Part shown: positions 1 through 9,922 of the stretch, piece by piece
How the letters are laid out: each line of letters begins with the position of its first letter
Numbering within the stretch: position 1 is the stretch's first letter
Assembly: GCA_041665405.1 (NCBI GenBank)
Contig: JBAYIZ010000001.1
Coordinates: 26,618 to 90,617, forward strand
DNA length: 64,000 bases
Direction: 5' to 3'
Source of the DNA: Candidatus Magasanikiibacteriota bacterium
GTDB taxonomy: Bacteria; Patescibacteriota; Patescibacteriia; Magasanikbacterales; GWA2-37-8
The notes under the pieces: model-generated
The model's database searches: none
Seen by the model: the letters and a program-made list of their open reading frames with translations, nothing else
Told to the model about the DNA's origin: nothing
Made by a program: the position numbers and the translations under genes

Positions 1-732
1 GTATTTGCGGTGGGAAATTGTTTTCGGGCTGAACAACATGCTACCACTCGTCACCTCAATGAATTTACCGGATTGGATTTGGAATTTGGTATGATCGAAG
101 ATCATCGTGATGTAATGAATTTGGAAGTGGAAATGTTGCGCTATATTTTGGATCATTTGGACAAGACCGTTCCAAATGAATTGAAATTGTGGAATTATGT
201 GCGTCCAGAAATCCCAGCCGAAGTACCATCTTTTAAATTGCGCGAAGTGCAGCAATTAATTAAAACCGGAACTGGTGTAGATCACACCGCCGAACCAGAT
301 TTGGAACCAAGTGAAGAAAAATGGATTGGTGAATATGCCAAAACTAAATTAAATTCTGATCTTGTTTTTGTTACTCATTATCCAACATCCAAACGTCCGA
401 TGTACACCTATCCAGATGAAACCGATCCAGAATTCACCAAGAGTTTTGATTTGTTATTCAAAGGGGTGGAAATTACTTCTGGCGGACAAAGATTTAATGA
501 TTATAATCAGCTGGTAGAAAGCATGAAGAAAAAAGATTTGAATCCAGATGATTTCAAATTTTATTTGGAAGCGTTTAAGTATGGTATGCCGCCAGAAGGT
601 GGTTTGGGTCTGGGATTAGAGCGCCTCACTGCCAAATTGCTTGGTATTGATAATGTGAAATACGCTACACTATTCCCACGCGATTTGAATCGTATTGATT
701 TACAATTATCACCACCTGAAAATAAACAATAA
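1..732 (+). CDS. aspS: Aspartyl-tRNA synthetase, archaeal/eukaryal-type class II (AspRS/AsnRS family), C-terminal portion; 5' end lies outside window
   Basis: Class II aaRS motif 2 (FRAEQ..TRHLNEFTGLDLE) and motif 3 (GMPPEGGLGLGLERL); frame open to position 1. Confidence 0.75.
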   Translation, partial: VFAVGNCFRAEQHATTRHLNEFTGLDLEFGMIEDHRDVMNLEVEMLRYILDHLDKTVPNELKLWNYVRPEIPAEVPSFKLREVQQLIKTGTGVDHTAEPDLEPSEEKWIGEYAKTKLNSDLVFVTHYPTSKRPMYTYPDETDPEFTKSFDLLFKGVEITSGGQRFNDYNQLVESMKKKDLNPDDFKFYLEAFKYGMPPEGGLGLGLERLTAKLLGIDNVKYATLFPRDLNRIDLQLSPPENKQ

Positions 733-733
733 T

Positions 734-1018
734 ATGTTTTCTCCCTTACAAATCAGCATCTTGAAAGAATGCTATGAAAATAGGGGAAAGGTTAGTCGAC
801 AAATTTTTTTACGACTGTATAGAAATAAAAAAATTAAATCATTACCAGTCAAAATAATTACCCAAAGTTTAGAACGTCTTATCAAAAGGGGATATATTAT
901 CGGGTATTGTATTTTGAGGTCAGATAAAATATTTATCAAGGATATCAAAATCACCGCCGTGGGTATAAAAGCTTATGAGTTGTGGTGGGAAAAAAGACAG
1001 AGAAAGTTACCGTTTTAA
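734..1018 (+). CDS. Hypothetical small basic protein (possible winged-helix fold)
   Basis: ORF with ATG just after aspS stop; no recognisable motif; overlaps next gene start. Confidence 0.25.
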   Translation: MFSPLQISILKECYENRGKVSRQIFLRLYRNKKIKSLPVKIITQSLERLIKRGYIIGYCILRSDKIFIKDIKITAVGIKAYELWWEKRQRKLPF

Positions 1019-1020
1019 AA

Positions 1021-1713
1021 ATGACACCAGATATTAAATTAGAAAAGTTTCAGGGTCCACTCGATTTGTTGTTACAATTAATCGAGTTGGAAAAACTGAA
1101 CATCACTGAAGTTTCGTTATCGCAAATTACCGAACAGTTTTTGAATTTTTTGGATAAAATGGAAAAGGATCGTTCGGAAGAGCTGGCTGATTTTTTGGTG
1201 ATTGCCACAAAATTAGTTTATCTAAAATCAAGAACATTATTACCATATCTATATCCAGAAGAAGACGAAGGACCAAGTTTGGCGGATCAGCTCAAAATGT
1301 ATCAGCAATATATTTTGGCTAGTAAAAAGATCAACATTTATTGGAATCAGAACCGGATTGCCTATGGACGTGTAGAACCACCAGTAAAAAATACAGAATT
1401 TGTTTTGCCTCTCAATGCGCGGGGTGAAGATTTGCTGAAATCAATGGAAAAATTGGTGTCACGACTACGACCGATAAATCCATTGCCAAGAATCACTATT
1501 GATAGAGCTATATCGGTAAAACAAAAAGTTGATTCTATTTGGAACGCTTTGAAAATGCACAAAAAAATAAATTTCAAAGATTTGTTGGCTAGCGCCGAGA
1601 ATAAAACCGAAGTGATTGTAAGTTTTTTGGCGTTATTGGAATTGATGCGTGACCAAAAAGCTTTTATCAATCAGGATAGTGCATTTGGTAGTATGGAGAT
1701 AAATTTAGTATAA
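1021..1713 (+). CDS. scpA: Segregation and condensation protein A (ScpA kleisin)
   Basis: N-terminal FQGPLDLLLQLIE motif typical of ScpA; followed directly by scpB. Confidence 0.8.
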   Translation: MTPDIKLEKFQGPLDLLLQLIELEKLNITEVSLSQITEQFLNFLDKMEKDRSEELADFLVIATKLVYLKSRTLLPYLYPEEDEGPSLADQLKMYQQYILASKKINIYWNQNRIAYGRVEPPVKNTEFVLPLNARGEDLLKSMEKLVSRLRPINPLPRITIDRAISVKQKVDSIWNALKMHKKINFKDLLASAENKTEVIVSFLALLELMRDQKAFINQDSAFGSMEINLV

Positions 1714-1725
1714 AAATATTGTAAT

Positions 1726-2277
1726 ATGAATATTAACTCACAACTGGAAACAATTTTATTTGTGGCGAGTAAGCCGCTATCTTTGAAAAAAATTATTAAG
1801 GTTTTGCAAGTCGAAGAACCAATCGTCCAAGAGGCGCTCGCCAATCTATGTGCAAAATATAATAATCAAGAATCTGGCATAGTGGTTATTCAAAACAATG
1901 ATGAATGGCAAATGGTCGCCAATCCAGACAATCACGAATCCGCGGAGAATTTTTTGAAAGCAGAAGTAAGTGGTGAACTGACTAGACCACAACTAGAGAC
2001 CCTCACAGTTGTTTCTTATTGCGGGCCAATCACCAGACCAGAACTTGAACAAATTCGCGGGGTGAATTGTAGTCTTATTTTACGTAATCTTATGATGCGC
2101 GGATTGGTAAAAGAAGCAGACGATCCATCTGGATTATTGCCAAAATATGAAGTAACCATGGATTATCTTCGTCATCTGGGGATTAATAATTTGAATGAGT
2201 TGCCTGACTATGATAAACTGCACAATCACGAACATATTAGTAATACTTTGATGCAAACCAACGAAAGTGCGTCTTAA
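1726..2277 (+). CDS. scpB: Segregation and condensation protein B
   Basis: ScpB-like N-terminus (ETILFVASKPLSLKKI) with tandem winged-helix organisation; scpA-scpB synteny. Confidence 0.8.
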   Translation: MNINSQLETILFVASKPLSLKKIIKVLQVEEPIVQEALANLCAKYNNQESGIVVIQNNDEWQMVANPDNHESAENFLKAEVSGELTRPQLETLTVVSYCGPITRPELEQIRGVNCSLILRNLMMRGLVKEADDPSGLLPKYEVTMDYLRHLGINNLNELPDYDKLHNHEHISNTLMQTNESAS

Positions 2278-2288
2278 ACAGTTTGTCT

Positions 2289-3302
2289 ATGTCTAAAAAA
2301 CTTTTTGATTTTATTTCTTCTTTTGGTATGATGTTGGCCGGGGTCGTTTTGCTTTTTCTCGGTTCGGTATCATATCCTCAAGTTTCTCAAAAAGTTTCTT
2401 TTTTGCCCAAATCAAACCCAAGAATATTAATAGTGACCGGTGGCGACGAACAACCGGCAGTGCTTCCTATCAGCCATCCCAATGTTCCATTAAAAAACGA
2501 TCAAACAGAATGTGATGTAAAATTGACAGCTGTCACCTCTATTTTAATGGATGATAAAACTGACACAGTCTTGTTTGAAAAAAATGCCGACATGGTACGG
2601 CCACTGGCAAGTATTACAAAATTAATGTCTGCTTTAGTTTTGCTTGACCTTAACCCAGATTGGAATAAAGTGGTGGAAATTACGCCAGAGATTTATGATG
2701 CCAATAGTCATTTCATAAATGTTGGTGAAAAATTTACGATGGGTGATCTCTGGGATATCGCTTTGATAGGATCCTCCAATAGCGCCATTAATGCCCTAGT
2801 AAGTGGAAGTGGTTTAAAAAATGAAGAGTTTGTATTAAAAATGAATGAAAAAGCTCAAGATTTGCGCTTGCGCAGTATGCGATTTATCGAACCATCGGGT
2901 ATAGATGATAAAAATATTGGTAGCGCTCGTGATACTGCTCGACTATTAAAATATGCATTGGTAAGTGATAAGATTTTTAATACTTTACAAACACCAGAAT
3001 ATTATGCCAAGCCAATTGGTCAAAAGCAAAGAAGGATTTGGACAACAGATTGGCTTTTGTCCAAATGGGTACCAAATAAGTTTGGGGATTTGACCATCGC
3101 GGGCAAGACTGGATTTATTGATAATTCAAAATATAATTTTGCTGTACGTATCGAAAATGGTGGCAAGCGGGCTATTCGCACAGTCATATTGGGTGCGGAC
3201 ACGATGGAAGCAAGATTTAGCGAAGCGCGTGATTTGGCTACGTGGGCATTTGAACATTATTCATGGCCAGGAGATAGTGGTTATGAAAAACTCGCGATAT
3301 AA
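2289..3302 (+). CDS. D-alanyl-D-alanine carboxypeptidase (peptidase S11, PBP5/6-like) with N-terminal membrane anchor
   Basis: SxxK motif (SITK), SGS/SxN (SSNSAIN) and KTG motifs in the expected order. Confidence 0.75.
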   Translation: MSKKLFDFISSFGMMLAGVVLLFLGSVSYPQVSQKVSFLPKSNPRILIVTGGDEQPAVLPISHPNVPLKNDQTECDVKLTAVTSILMDDKTDTVLFEKNADMVRPLASITKLMSALVLLDLNPDWNKVVEITPEIYDANSHFINVGEKFTMGDLWDIALIGSSNSAINALVSGSGLKNEEFVLKMNEKAQDLRLRSMRFIEPSGIDDKNIGSARDTARLLKYALVSDKIFNTLQTPEYYAKPIGQKQRRIWTTDWLLSKWVPNKFGDLTIAGKTGFIDNSKYNFAVRIENGGKRAIRTVILGADTMEARFSEARDLATWAFEHYSWPGDSGYEKLAI

Positions 3303-3321
3303 ATATAAAAATATTCATATA

Positions 3322-3346
3322 CCCCAATTCACTTTGGGGTTTTTTA
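3322..3346 (+). terminator. Intrinsic terminator hairpin (CCCCAA..TTGGGG plus T-run)
   Basis: GC stem followed by TTTTTT after dacA-like stop. Confidence 0.55.
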
Positions 3347-3371
3347 TTTTTGTGGTATAATATACATTGTT

Positions 3372-4526
3372 ATGCAATTGAAAAGTATAAAAAATGTGAA
3401 ACATTTATTTGGTCAGCGTATTTTGGTACGAGTGGATTTTAATGTACCCATAAAAAATGGACAAGTAATGGACAATTATAAAATTCAAACTAGTTTACCA
3501 ACGATAAAATTTTTATTACACTGTGGCGCGCGAGTGGTATTGGTTAGTCATTTGGGACGCCCTACGAAAAAAGAAAAAAAGTTTTCGCTATTACCAGTTG
3601 CCAAAGAACTAGAAAAATTAATCGGCGTTAGAGTATATTTTGGTAATTTAGAAAATCGTGACGATTGGGAAGGAGAAAAATTAGTATTATTAGAGAATAT
3701 TCGTTTTTATAAAGAGGAAGAAGCAAATGATATAAATTTTGCCAAGCGTTTATCTCGGTTAGCGGACATGTTTGTTTTGGATGGTTTTGCAGTAGCACAC
3801 CGTGATAGCCCTTCTGTCAGTGGTGTGGCGAGATATTTGCCTGCATATGCTGGTCTGTTATTGATGTCGGAAATAGAGGGTCTATCTAATATTTTGTCCA
3901 AGCCGAAACAGCCGATGGTAGTGTTGTTGGGTGGTTTAAAAATTGAAACAAAGTTATCAATTTTAAAAAATCTATTACCAAAAGCCAGTAAGATTTTATT
4001 ATCAGGTGAGATATTTAATACTTATTTGTGGGCCAAGGGTTATGGTGTTGGCAATTCGATACTTGATAAGAAATTTAGAAGTGATGTTTTGCGCGATTTG
4101 AAAAATAAAAAAATAATAATGCCAGTAGATGTGGTAGCCGGAACTGCAAAAGGTAAGAATGCCCGTGTAGTTTCATTGGTCAAAAAGTTTGTTTTAAAAA
4201 AGGATGAGGGTATATATGATGTTGGACCAAAAACAGTTTTGTTATTTGCTAAGTATATAAAAACTGCCAATACTTTGATTTGTAATGGGGCGATGGGGAT
4301 GTTTGAACAAACGCCGTATCACCATGGTACCTATGCTTTGATGAATTTATTTGCTAGCAAATCAAAGGGAAAAGCATATGGTGTTTGTGGAGGAGGCGAG
4401 ACATTAGAAATTTTACGCCATCTTGATTTGTTAAATAGCGTGGATTTGGTTTCTACCGGTGGTGGAGCCATGCTCGAGTTTTTAAGCGGTAAAAAATTGC
4501 CTGGTTTAAAAAATTTAATAAAATAA
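3372..4526 (+). CDS. pgk: Phosphoglycerate kinase
   Basis: PGK N-terminal signature (RVDFNVP..., VLVSHLGRP) and full-length similarity. Confidence 0.9.
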   Translation: MQLKSIKNVKHLFGQRILVRVDFNVPIKNGQVMDNYKIQTSLPTIKFLLHCGARVVLVSHLGRPTKKEKKFSLLPVAKELEKLIGVRVYFGNLENRDDWEGEKLVLLENIRFYKEEEANDINFAKRLSRLADMFVLDGFAVAHRDSPSVSGVARYLPAYAGLLLMSEIEGLSNILSKPKQPMVVLLGGLKIETKLSILKNLLPKASKILLSGEIFNTYLWAKGYGVGNSILDKKFRSDVLRDLKNKKIIMPVDVVAGTAKGKNARVVSLVKKFVLKKDEGIYDVGPKTVLLFAKYIKTANTLICNGAMGMFEQTPYHHGTYALMNLFASKSKGKAYGVCGGGETLEILRHLDLLNSVDLVSTGGGAMLEFLSGKKLPGLKNLIK

Positions 4527-4585
4527 TTTAATATTAATTAATTTCGAATGAACAGCGAACGCTGTTGATTCGTTTGGGGGTTATT

Positions 4586-5443
4586 ATGCCTATCGTAACA
4601 AAGACCCCAACTATTCCTGTTACAGCAAAAAAAGAATGCTGTGGTAGTAGTTGGGAAACAGGTGGCCACATGGGTTGTGGTCATAGCCATTTTGCCAAAA
4701 AATTGATCAAGACATTGATCGGTATTTTGTTGGTTTATTTAATCGTGTTCACAGGAACATTGATCCGAAACAATGGTAAAAAATATTTTACTATTGGAAA
4801 AGCCGACACAATGGAACGTACTATTATGGTTGCAGGATATGGTAAGGTGAGTGGTAATAATGATATTGCGGTTACCACTATCGGATATTCCAACACTGAC
4901 AAAGATGTAGCCAAAGCACAGTTGGATAATAAAAAAGTTATGGATCAAATAACTTCTGAACTAAAAACTTTTGGTATAGCTGATAAAGATTTGCAAAGTA
5001 GTTATACTATTTATCCTGATTATAATTATACTCAAGATAAAGGTCAGCAATTAATTGGTTATAGAGTTTCCAACCAACTCACTATCAAGATTAGAGATTT
5101 GAGTAAAATCCCTCAAATTTTGGGATTAGCTGGAAAATATGGCGCAACCGAAGTTAGTGGTTTGAATTTCACCATTGATGATCCAGAAAATCTAAAGATG
5201 GACGCTCGTGCCAAAGCGTTGACTGATGCCAAAACTAAAGCTCAATATTTGTCAGAAAAATTGGGTGTACAACTGGGTTCAGTCGTTTCCTTCAATGAAT
5301 ATGAGGGATCAAGCGACGTGTATCCTATGAAAGTAATGTCCTCATACTCTACTGGTATGGGTGGTGGTGCGCCAGAATCAGTATCTAGTGGAAGTAAAGA
5401 CGTGGTAATGAATGTGAACGTAACTTTCGAAATATCTCAGTAG
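4586..5443 (+). CDS. SIMPL-domain (DUF541) protein with Cys/His-rich N-terminal tail and one TM helix
   Basis: C-terminal SIMPL-like domain; N-terminal CCGSSWETGGHMGCGHSHF followed by a hydrophobic helix; alternative TTG start at 4565. Confidence 0.65.
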   Translation: MPIVTKTPTIPVTAKKECCGSSWETGGHMGCGHSHFAKKLIKTLIGILLVYLIVFTGTLIRNNGKKYFTIGKADTMERTIMVAGYGKVSGNNDIAVTTIGYSNTDKDVAKAQLDNKKVMDQITSELKTFGIADKDLQSSYTIYPDYNYTQDKGQQLIGYRVSNQLTIKIRDLSKIPQILGLAGKYGATEVSGLNFTIDDPENLKMDARAKALTDAKTKAQYLSEKLGVQLGSVVSFNEYEGSSDVYPMKVMSSYSTGMGGGAPESVSSGSKDVVMNVNVTFEISQ

Positions 5444-5451
5444 TATAAACG

Positions 5452-5479
5452 AAAAAAGAGGTGTAAATACCTCTTTTTT
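5452..5479 (+). terminator. Intrinsic terminator (AAAAAAGAGGT..ACCTCTTTTTT)
   Basis: Perfect hairpin plus T-run after SIMPL gene; extended -10 TGgTATAAT follows at about 5494-5502. Confidence 0.55.
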
Positions 5480-5534
5480 AATTTCTTTTGTTATGGTATA
5501 ATGGATAACAAATAGCTATCTAATTTTTGATTGT

Positions 5535-6782
5535 ATGAAAATTAAGCAAATTGTTGGGAGGGAAATTTTGGATTCACGCGGCAATCCAACCGTGGAAGCC
5601 AAGTTAGTTTTGGAGAATGGTATCGTCAGTATTGCGAAAGTACCATCAGGTGCCTCTACTGGCTCGCATGAGGCATTGGAATTGCGTGATGGTGGTAAAC
5701 GTTATGGGGGCAAAGGTGTTTTGAAGGCAGTCAAAAATATCAACACTACTATTGCCAAAAAATTGGTCGGTTTGGAAGTGGAAGATTTGAAAAATTTGGA
5801 CAAAGTAATGATAGAATTGGACGGAACTAAAAATAAAACAAATTTAGGAGCGAATGCAATCCTGGCAGTATCGATGGCCGCCGCGAGAGCAGGAGCGGAA
5901 ACTAAAAAAATTCCACTTTATAAATATTTACGCCAGGTTTATTCTATTGCCGAAAAAGAATATCGTTTGCCGGTACCGATGATGAATATTTTGAATGGTG
6001 GACGTCATGCCGACAATGGTTTGTCTATCCAAGAGTTCATGATTATTCCTCGTCACAAATTGATGAGTGAACGTGTGCGGATGGGATCACAAATTTTTCA
6101 TGCTTTGGCCAATATTTTAAGTCAAAAAGGTTATGTTACTTCAGTAGGTGATGAAGGTGGTTTTGCTCCAGAACTTTTGAACAACGAACGGGCACTTCAG
6201 GTGATAATGGAAGCTATAAAATATACTGGATGGATTCCGGGAAAGAATGTGTTCCTAGGTTTAGACGTGGCCGCTTCAGAGTTTTTTCATAGTAAAAAAT
6301 ATTATTTTGTTAGTAAAAAACAAGGTTGGAGCGCAGATAAAATGATTGACGTGTATAAAGAGTGGGTTAAAAAATATCCAATAATCTCTATTGAAGATGG
6401 TTTGAGTGAGGATGATTGGGACAGTTGGAATAAGTTGACCAAAGAAATGGGTAGTAAAATTACTTTGGTCGGAGATGATTTATTTGTCACCAATACTGAA
6501 CGTTTACAAATGGGTATAGACCAAAAAGTTGGTAATGCTATTTTAATTAAACTTAATCAGATTGGGACAGTGAGTGAAACTATGGCGGCTATAATGCTCG
6601 CCAAGAAAAACGGCTATAAGGTAGCCGTTTCACATCGAAGTGGTGAAACTAGCGATACATTTATTGCTGATTTGGCAGTGGCAGTAAATTCAGAATTTAT
6701 CAAAACTGGCTCGCTATCTCGTTCGGAACGTGTTGAAAAATACAATCGTTTGATGGAAATCGAAGCTGAATTATCGGTTTAA
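5535..6782 (+). CDS. eno: Enolase
   Basis: Enolase N-terminal signature (EILDSRGNPTVEA) and full-length similarity. Confidence 0.95.
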   Translation: MKIKQIVGREILDSRGNPTVEAKLVLENGIVSIAKVPSGASTGSHEALELRDGGKRYGGKGVLKAVKNINTTIAKKLVGLEVEDLKNLDKVMIELDGTKNKTNLGANAILAVSMAAARAGAETKKIPLYKYLRQVYSIAEKEYRLPVPMMNILNGGRHADNGLSIQEFMIIPRHKLMSERVRMGSQIFHALANILSQKGYVTSVGDEGGFAPELLNNERALQVIMEAIKYTGWIPGKNVFLGLDVAASEFFHSKKYYFVSKKQGWSADKMIDVYKEWVKKYPIISIEDGLSEDDWDSWNKLTKEMGSKITLVGDDLFVTNTERLQMGIDQKVGNAILIKLNQIGTVSETMAAIMLAKKNGYKVAVSHRSGETSDTFIADLAVAVNSEFIKTGSLSRSERVEKYNRLMEIEAELSV

Positions 6783-6783
6783 T

Positions 6784-8328
6784 ATGCCCGAGCAAAAAAC
6801 AACTGTACTAGTAATCCTTGATGGTTGGGGTATTGGACAAACGGAAAATACTCTTGATCCAATCGTGCCAGAACATGCGCCGAATTATTTTGATTTTTTA
6901 AAAAAGTATCCCAACACCCAATTGGAGGCCAGTGCAGAAGCGGTAGGATTGTTCAAAAAACAGGAAGGAAATAGTGAAGCTGGTCATATCAATTTGGGAG
7001 CGGGGAGAGTAGTGAAGCAAGACGCTTTGTATGTTAGTGATGCGATAGCCGACGGCACTTTTTTCAAGAATAATGCTTTTTATCAAGCGTTGCATCATGT
7101 CAAAAAATATAATACAGCCGTGCATTTGATGGGGTTGTTGTCCAATCATAATAGCGCGCATTCATGCCCAGAGCATTTGTACGCTTTGTTGGAATTAATG
7201 AAAAAAGAAAAGATAAAAAAAGTTTTTTTGCATTTGTTTACAGACGGTCGTGACTCTGCTCCACATGATGCTGTGAATCATCTCAAAAAATTGAGAGACC
7301 ATATGAGTGGTGACGAAAAAATTGCTACTGTTATGGGGAGGTTGTATGCGATGGATAGAAATAAAAATTGGCATAGGACAAAAATGGCATACGAGGCAAT
7401 GACATTAGGGAAAGGCAAACTTGTGAGTACTGCCGAAGAAGCTCTTTTGAAAGCATATGATTGTGGGGAGTCGGATGAGTTTATTTCGCCGACCATAATT
7501 GTTGATCAAAATAAACCGATAGCCACAATAAAAAATAATGATGCAATCTTTTTTTTCAATCTTCGCAGTGATCGGGCGCGTGAAATAACAAAAGCATTCG
7601 TGCAACCAGATTTTGAAAAAGTAAATCCTGGGGCTTTCAAGCGAACACGCATACCAAAAAATACTAGGTTTGTCGCGTTGACTGATTTTGGTCCGGATTT
7701 ACCAGGTGTGTTGACCGCGTATCCCAGTCGCGATGTAAATAATAGTTTAGTACAGTTTTTGTGTCCCAAAAAACAACTATATGTGGCAGAATCAGAAAAA
7801 TTTGCTCACGTCACTTATTTCTTCAATGGTGGTTATGCTCAACATTTTTGTGATGAAGAATGGGTTAAAATACCAACTCCATCCGCAGAAAATTATGAAA
7901 ACAAACCAGAGATGAACGCCAAAGGAGTGGGTGATAAAGTAGTAGAGGCAATAGAATCTGGCAAATACGAATTTATTGTTTGTAATTTTGCCAACGCCGA
8001 TATGGTTGGCCATACTGGCAATTTCAAAGCTGCTCAAGAGGCAGTACAAGCCATTGATGAACAGTTGGGTAGAATAGTTCAGGCTTTGACAGCTGTTAAA
8101 GGGCAAGGTATAATCACAGCCGATCACGGCAATATTGAAGAGATGATAAATATGCGAACTGGCGGTATTGATACAGAACATTCATTGAACCCAGTACCCT
8201 GTATTATAATAGGTTCAGGCGCCAAGCAGATCAAAAAATCTGGCAAACTCGCTGATGTGGCCCCAACTTTGATCAAAATGATGGGGCTAAAAAAACCAAA
8301 AGAAATGACTGGTAAATCATTGATATAG
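6784..8328 (+). CDS. gpmI: 2,3-bisphosphoglycerate-independent phosphoglycerate mutase (iPGM), copy 1
   Basis: iPGM motifs ILDGWG and catalytic Ser region GNSEAGHINLGAGR. Confidence 0.9.
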   Translation: MPEQKTTVLVILDGWGIGQTENTLDPIVPEHAPNYFDFLKKYPNTQLEASAEAVGLFKKQEGNSEAGHINLGAGRVVKQDALYVSDAIADGTFFKNNAFYQALHHVKKYNTAVHLMGLLSNHNSAHSCPEHLYALLELMKKEKIKKVFLHLFTDGRDSAPHDAVNHLKKLRDHMSGDEKIATVMGRLYAMDRNKNWHRTKMAYEAMTLGKGKLVSTAEEALLKAYDCGESDEFISPTIIVDQNKPIATIKNNDAIFFFNLRSDRAREITKAFVQPDFEKVNPGAFKRTRIPKNTRFVALTDFGPDLPGVLTAYPSRDVNNSLVQFLCPKKQLYVAESEKFAHVTYFFNGGYAQHFCDEEWVKIPTPSAENYENKPEMNAKGVGDKVVEAIESGKYEFIVCNFANADMVGHTGNFKAAQEAVQAIDEQLGRIVQALTAVKGQGIITADHGNIEEMINMRTGGIDTEHSLNPVPCIIIGSGAKQIKKSGKLADVAPTLIKMMGLKKPKEMTGKSLI

Positions 8329-8329
8329 T

Positions 8330-9907
8330 ATGGCTTATAAATTAGTAACTCTTGTAATTTTTGACGGCTTGGGTGTGGCGCCTTCATCGGATGGCAACGC
8401 AGTTACACATGCCAAGATGACCAATTTTCAAAATTACATAAAAAATTATCCAGTGATGACTGTATATGCTTCAGGAAATGAGGTTGGTTTGTCTTTTGGA
8501 GAAATGGGTAATTCTGAAGTTGGACATTTGAATATTGGTGCGGGCCGAGTTTATTACCAGTCTTGCCCGCGTATTAATAATGAAATTGGCAATGGTGAAT
8601 TTTTCAAGAATCCAGCTTTTTTGGCGGCGGTAGAAAATGTCAAAAAAAATAAAACCAATCTTCATCTAGTGGGTTTGCTCGGGACAGGAAATGTGCACGC
8701 TAGCGATAGCCATTTGTATGCGCTCTTGGATTTTTGTGCACAAAATAAAATAGGTGATAGAGTATTTGTTCATGGAGTTTTGGACGGGCGAGATGCTCTA
8801 TATAATTCTGGAAAAACTTTTGTGACAGATTTGTTGGAAAAAATGAGAGTCACTAAAACTGGACAGTTGGCTTCATTGTCTGGACGTTTTTATGCGTTGG
8901 ACAGAGATAATCGTTGGGATCGTTGTGAAAAAGCTTACCAGGCCATGGCTTTGGGCAAGGCTGAGCGTAGTGGTGATGATCCGCTGAAAGTGATTGACGA
9001 TTCATATGCAGTAAAAAATTATGATGAGGAATTTACTCCAACTGTGATTACCAAAAAAGGTAAACCGGTTGTAACTATAAAAGAAAATGATTCAGTAATA
9101 TTTTTTAATTTCCGTCCTGATAGAGCACGTGAATTGACCAAAGCTTTTGTATTACCTGGGTTTAATAAATTTGAAAGAGAATATATAAAGAATTTGTTTT
9201 TTGTAACGATGACAGAATTTGAAAAAGATCTACCAGTGATGGTGGCTTATCCGCCGATTGTCGTACATAATTCATTGGCCGAAACAGTAAGTAAAGCCGG
9301 TAAAAAACAATTTCATGTGGCCGAGACAGAAAAATATGCGCATATTACTTTCTTTTTAAATGGTACAGTAGAAGATCCGTTTATTGGAGAAGATCGAATG
9401 ATCGTACCGTCACCAAAAGTATCTTCATATGCGGAAGCTCCAGAGATGTCTGCCGCTTCAGTTGCCAAAGAAGCGGTCAAAGCAATCGACAGTGGGAAGT
9501 ATGATTTGATCGCTCTAAATTTTGCCAATGCTGATATGGTCGGACATACAGGTGATTTGGCCGCCACAATAAAAGGTTGTGAAGCCGCTGATAAAGCATT
9601 TGGAGAAGTTGTTCATCATACTTTGGCTCAAGGTGGAGTGGTAGTGGTGACAGCTGATCATGGGAATGCAGAAGAAATTGTAAATTTACAAACAGGAGAA
9701 ATAGATAAAGAACACTCTACCAATCCTGTGCCACTATTAGTTATTAGTAAAGAATTTGAGGGGCAAGCCGGTCCAGCTGGTGAACCACCAGAAGGCGATT
9801 TGAGTCTGATGCATCCAGTGGGGGTACTCGCCGATGTAGCGCCGACAGTTCTGAGTCTTATGGGTGTGCAAATACCGTCGGAGATGACTGGGACGGCATT
9901 GATATAA
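8330..9907 (+). CDS. gpmI: iPGM paralog, copy 2 (tandem duplicate)
   Basis: Same family motifs (IFDGLG, GNSEVGHLNIGAGR); clearly diverged from copy 1. Confidence 0.85.
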   Translation: MAYKLVTLVIFDGLGVAPSSDGNAVTHAKMTNFQNYIKNYPVMTVYASGNEVGLSFGEMGNSEVGHLNIGAGRVYYQSCPRINNEIGNGEFFKNPAFLAAVENVKKNKTNLHLVGLLGTGNVHASDSHLYALLDFCAQNKIGDRVFVHGVLDGRDALYNSGKTFVTDLLEKMRVTKTGQLASLSGRFYALDRDNRWDRCEKAYQAMALGKAERSGDDPLKVIDDSYAVKNYDEEFTPTVITKKGKPVVTIKENDSVIFFNFRPDRARELTKAFVLPGFNKFEREYIKNLFFVTMTEFEKDLPVMVAYPPIVVHNSLAETVSKAGKKQFHVAETEKYAHITFFLNGTVEDPFIGEDRMIVPSPKVSSYAEAPEMSAASVAKEAVKAIDSGKYDLIALNFANADMVGHTGDLAATIKGCEAADKAFGEVVHHTLAQGGVVVVTADHGNAEEIVNLQTGEIDKEHSTNPVPLLVISKEFEGQAGPAGEPPEGDLSLMHPVGVLADVAPTVLSLMGVQIPSEMTGTALI

Positions 9908-9922
9908 AAACAAAATCCCTGA

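Noticed and set aside
695-733. Upstream ATG at 695 for the small ORF
   Set aside because: It overlaps the aspS 3' end in another frame. ATG 734, immediately after the aspS stop, is more plausible. The ORF itself remains low confidence.
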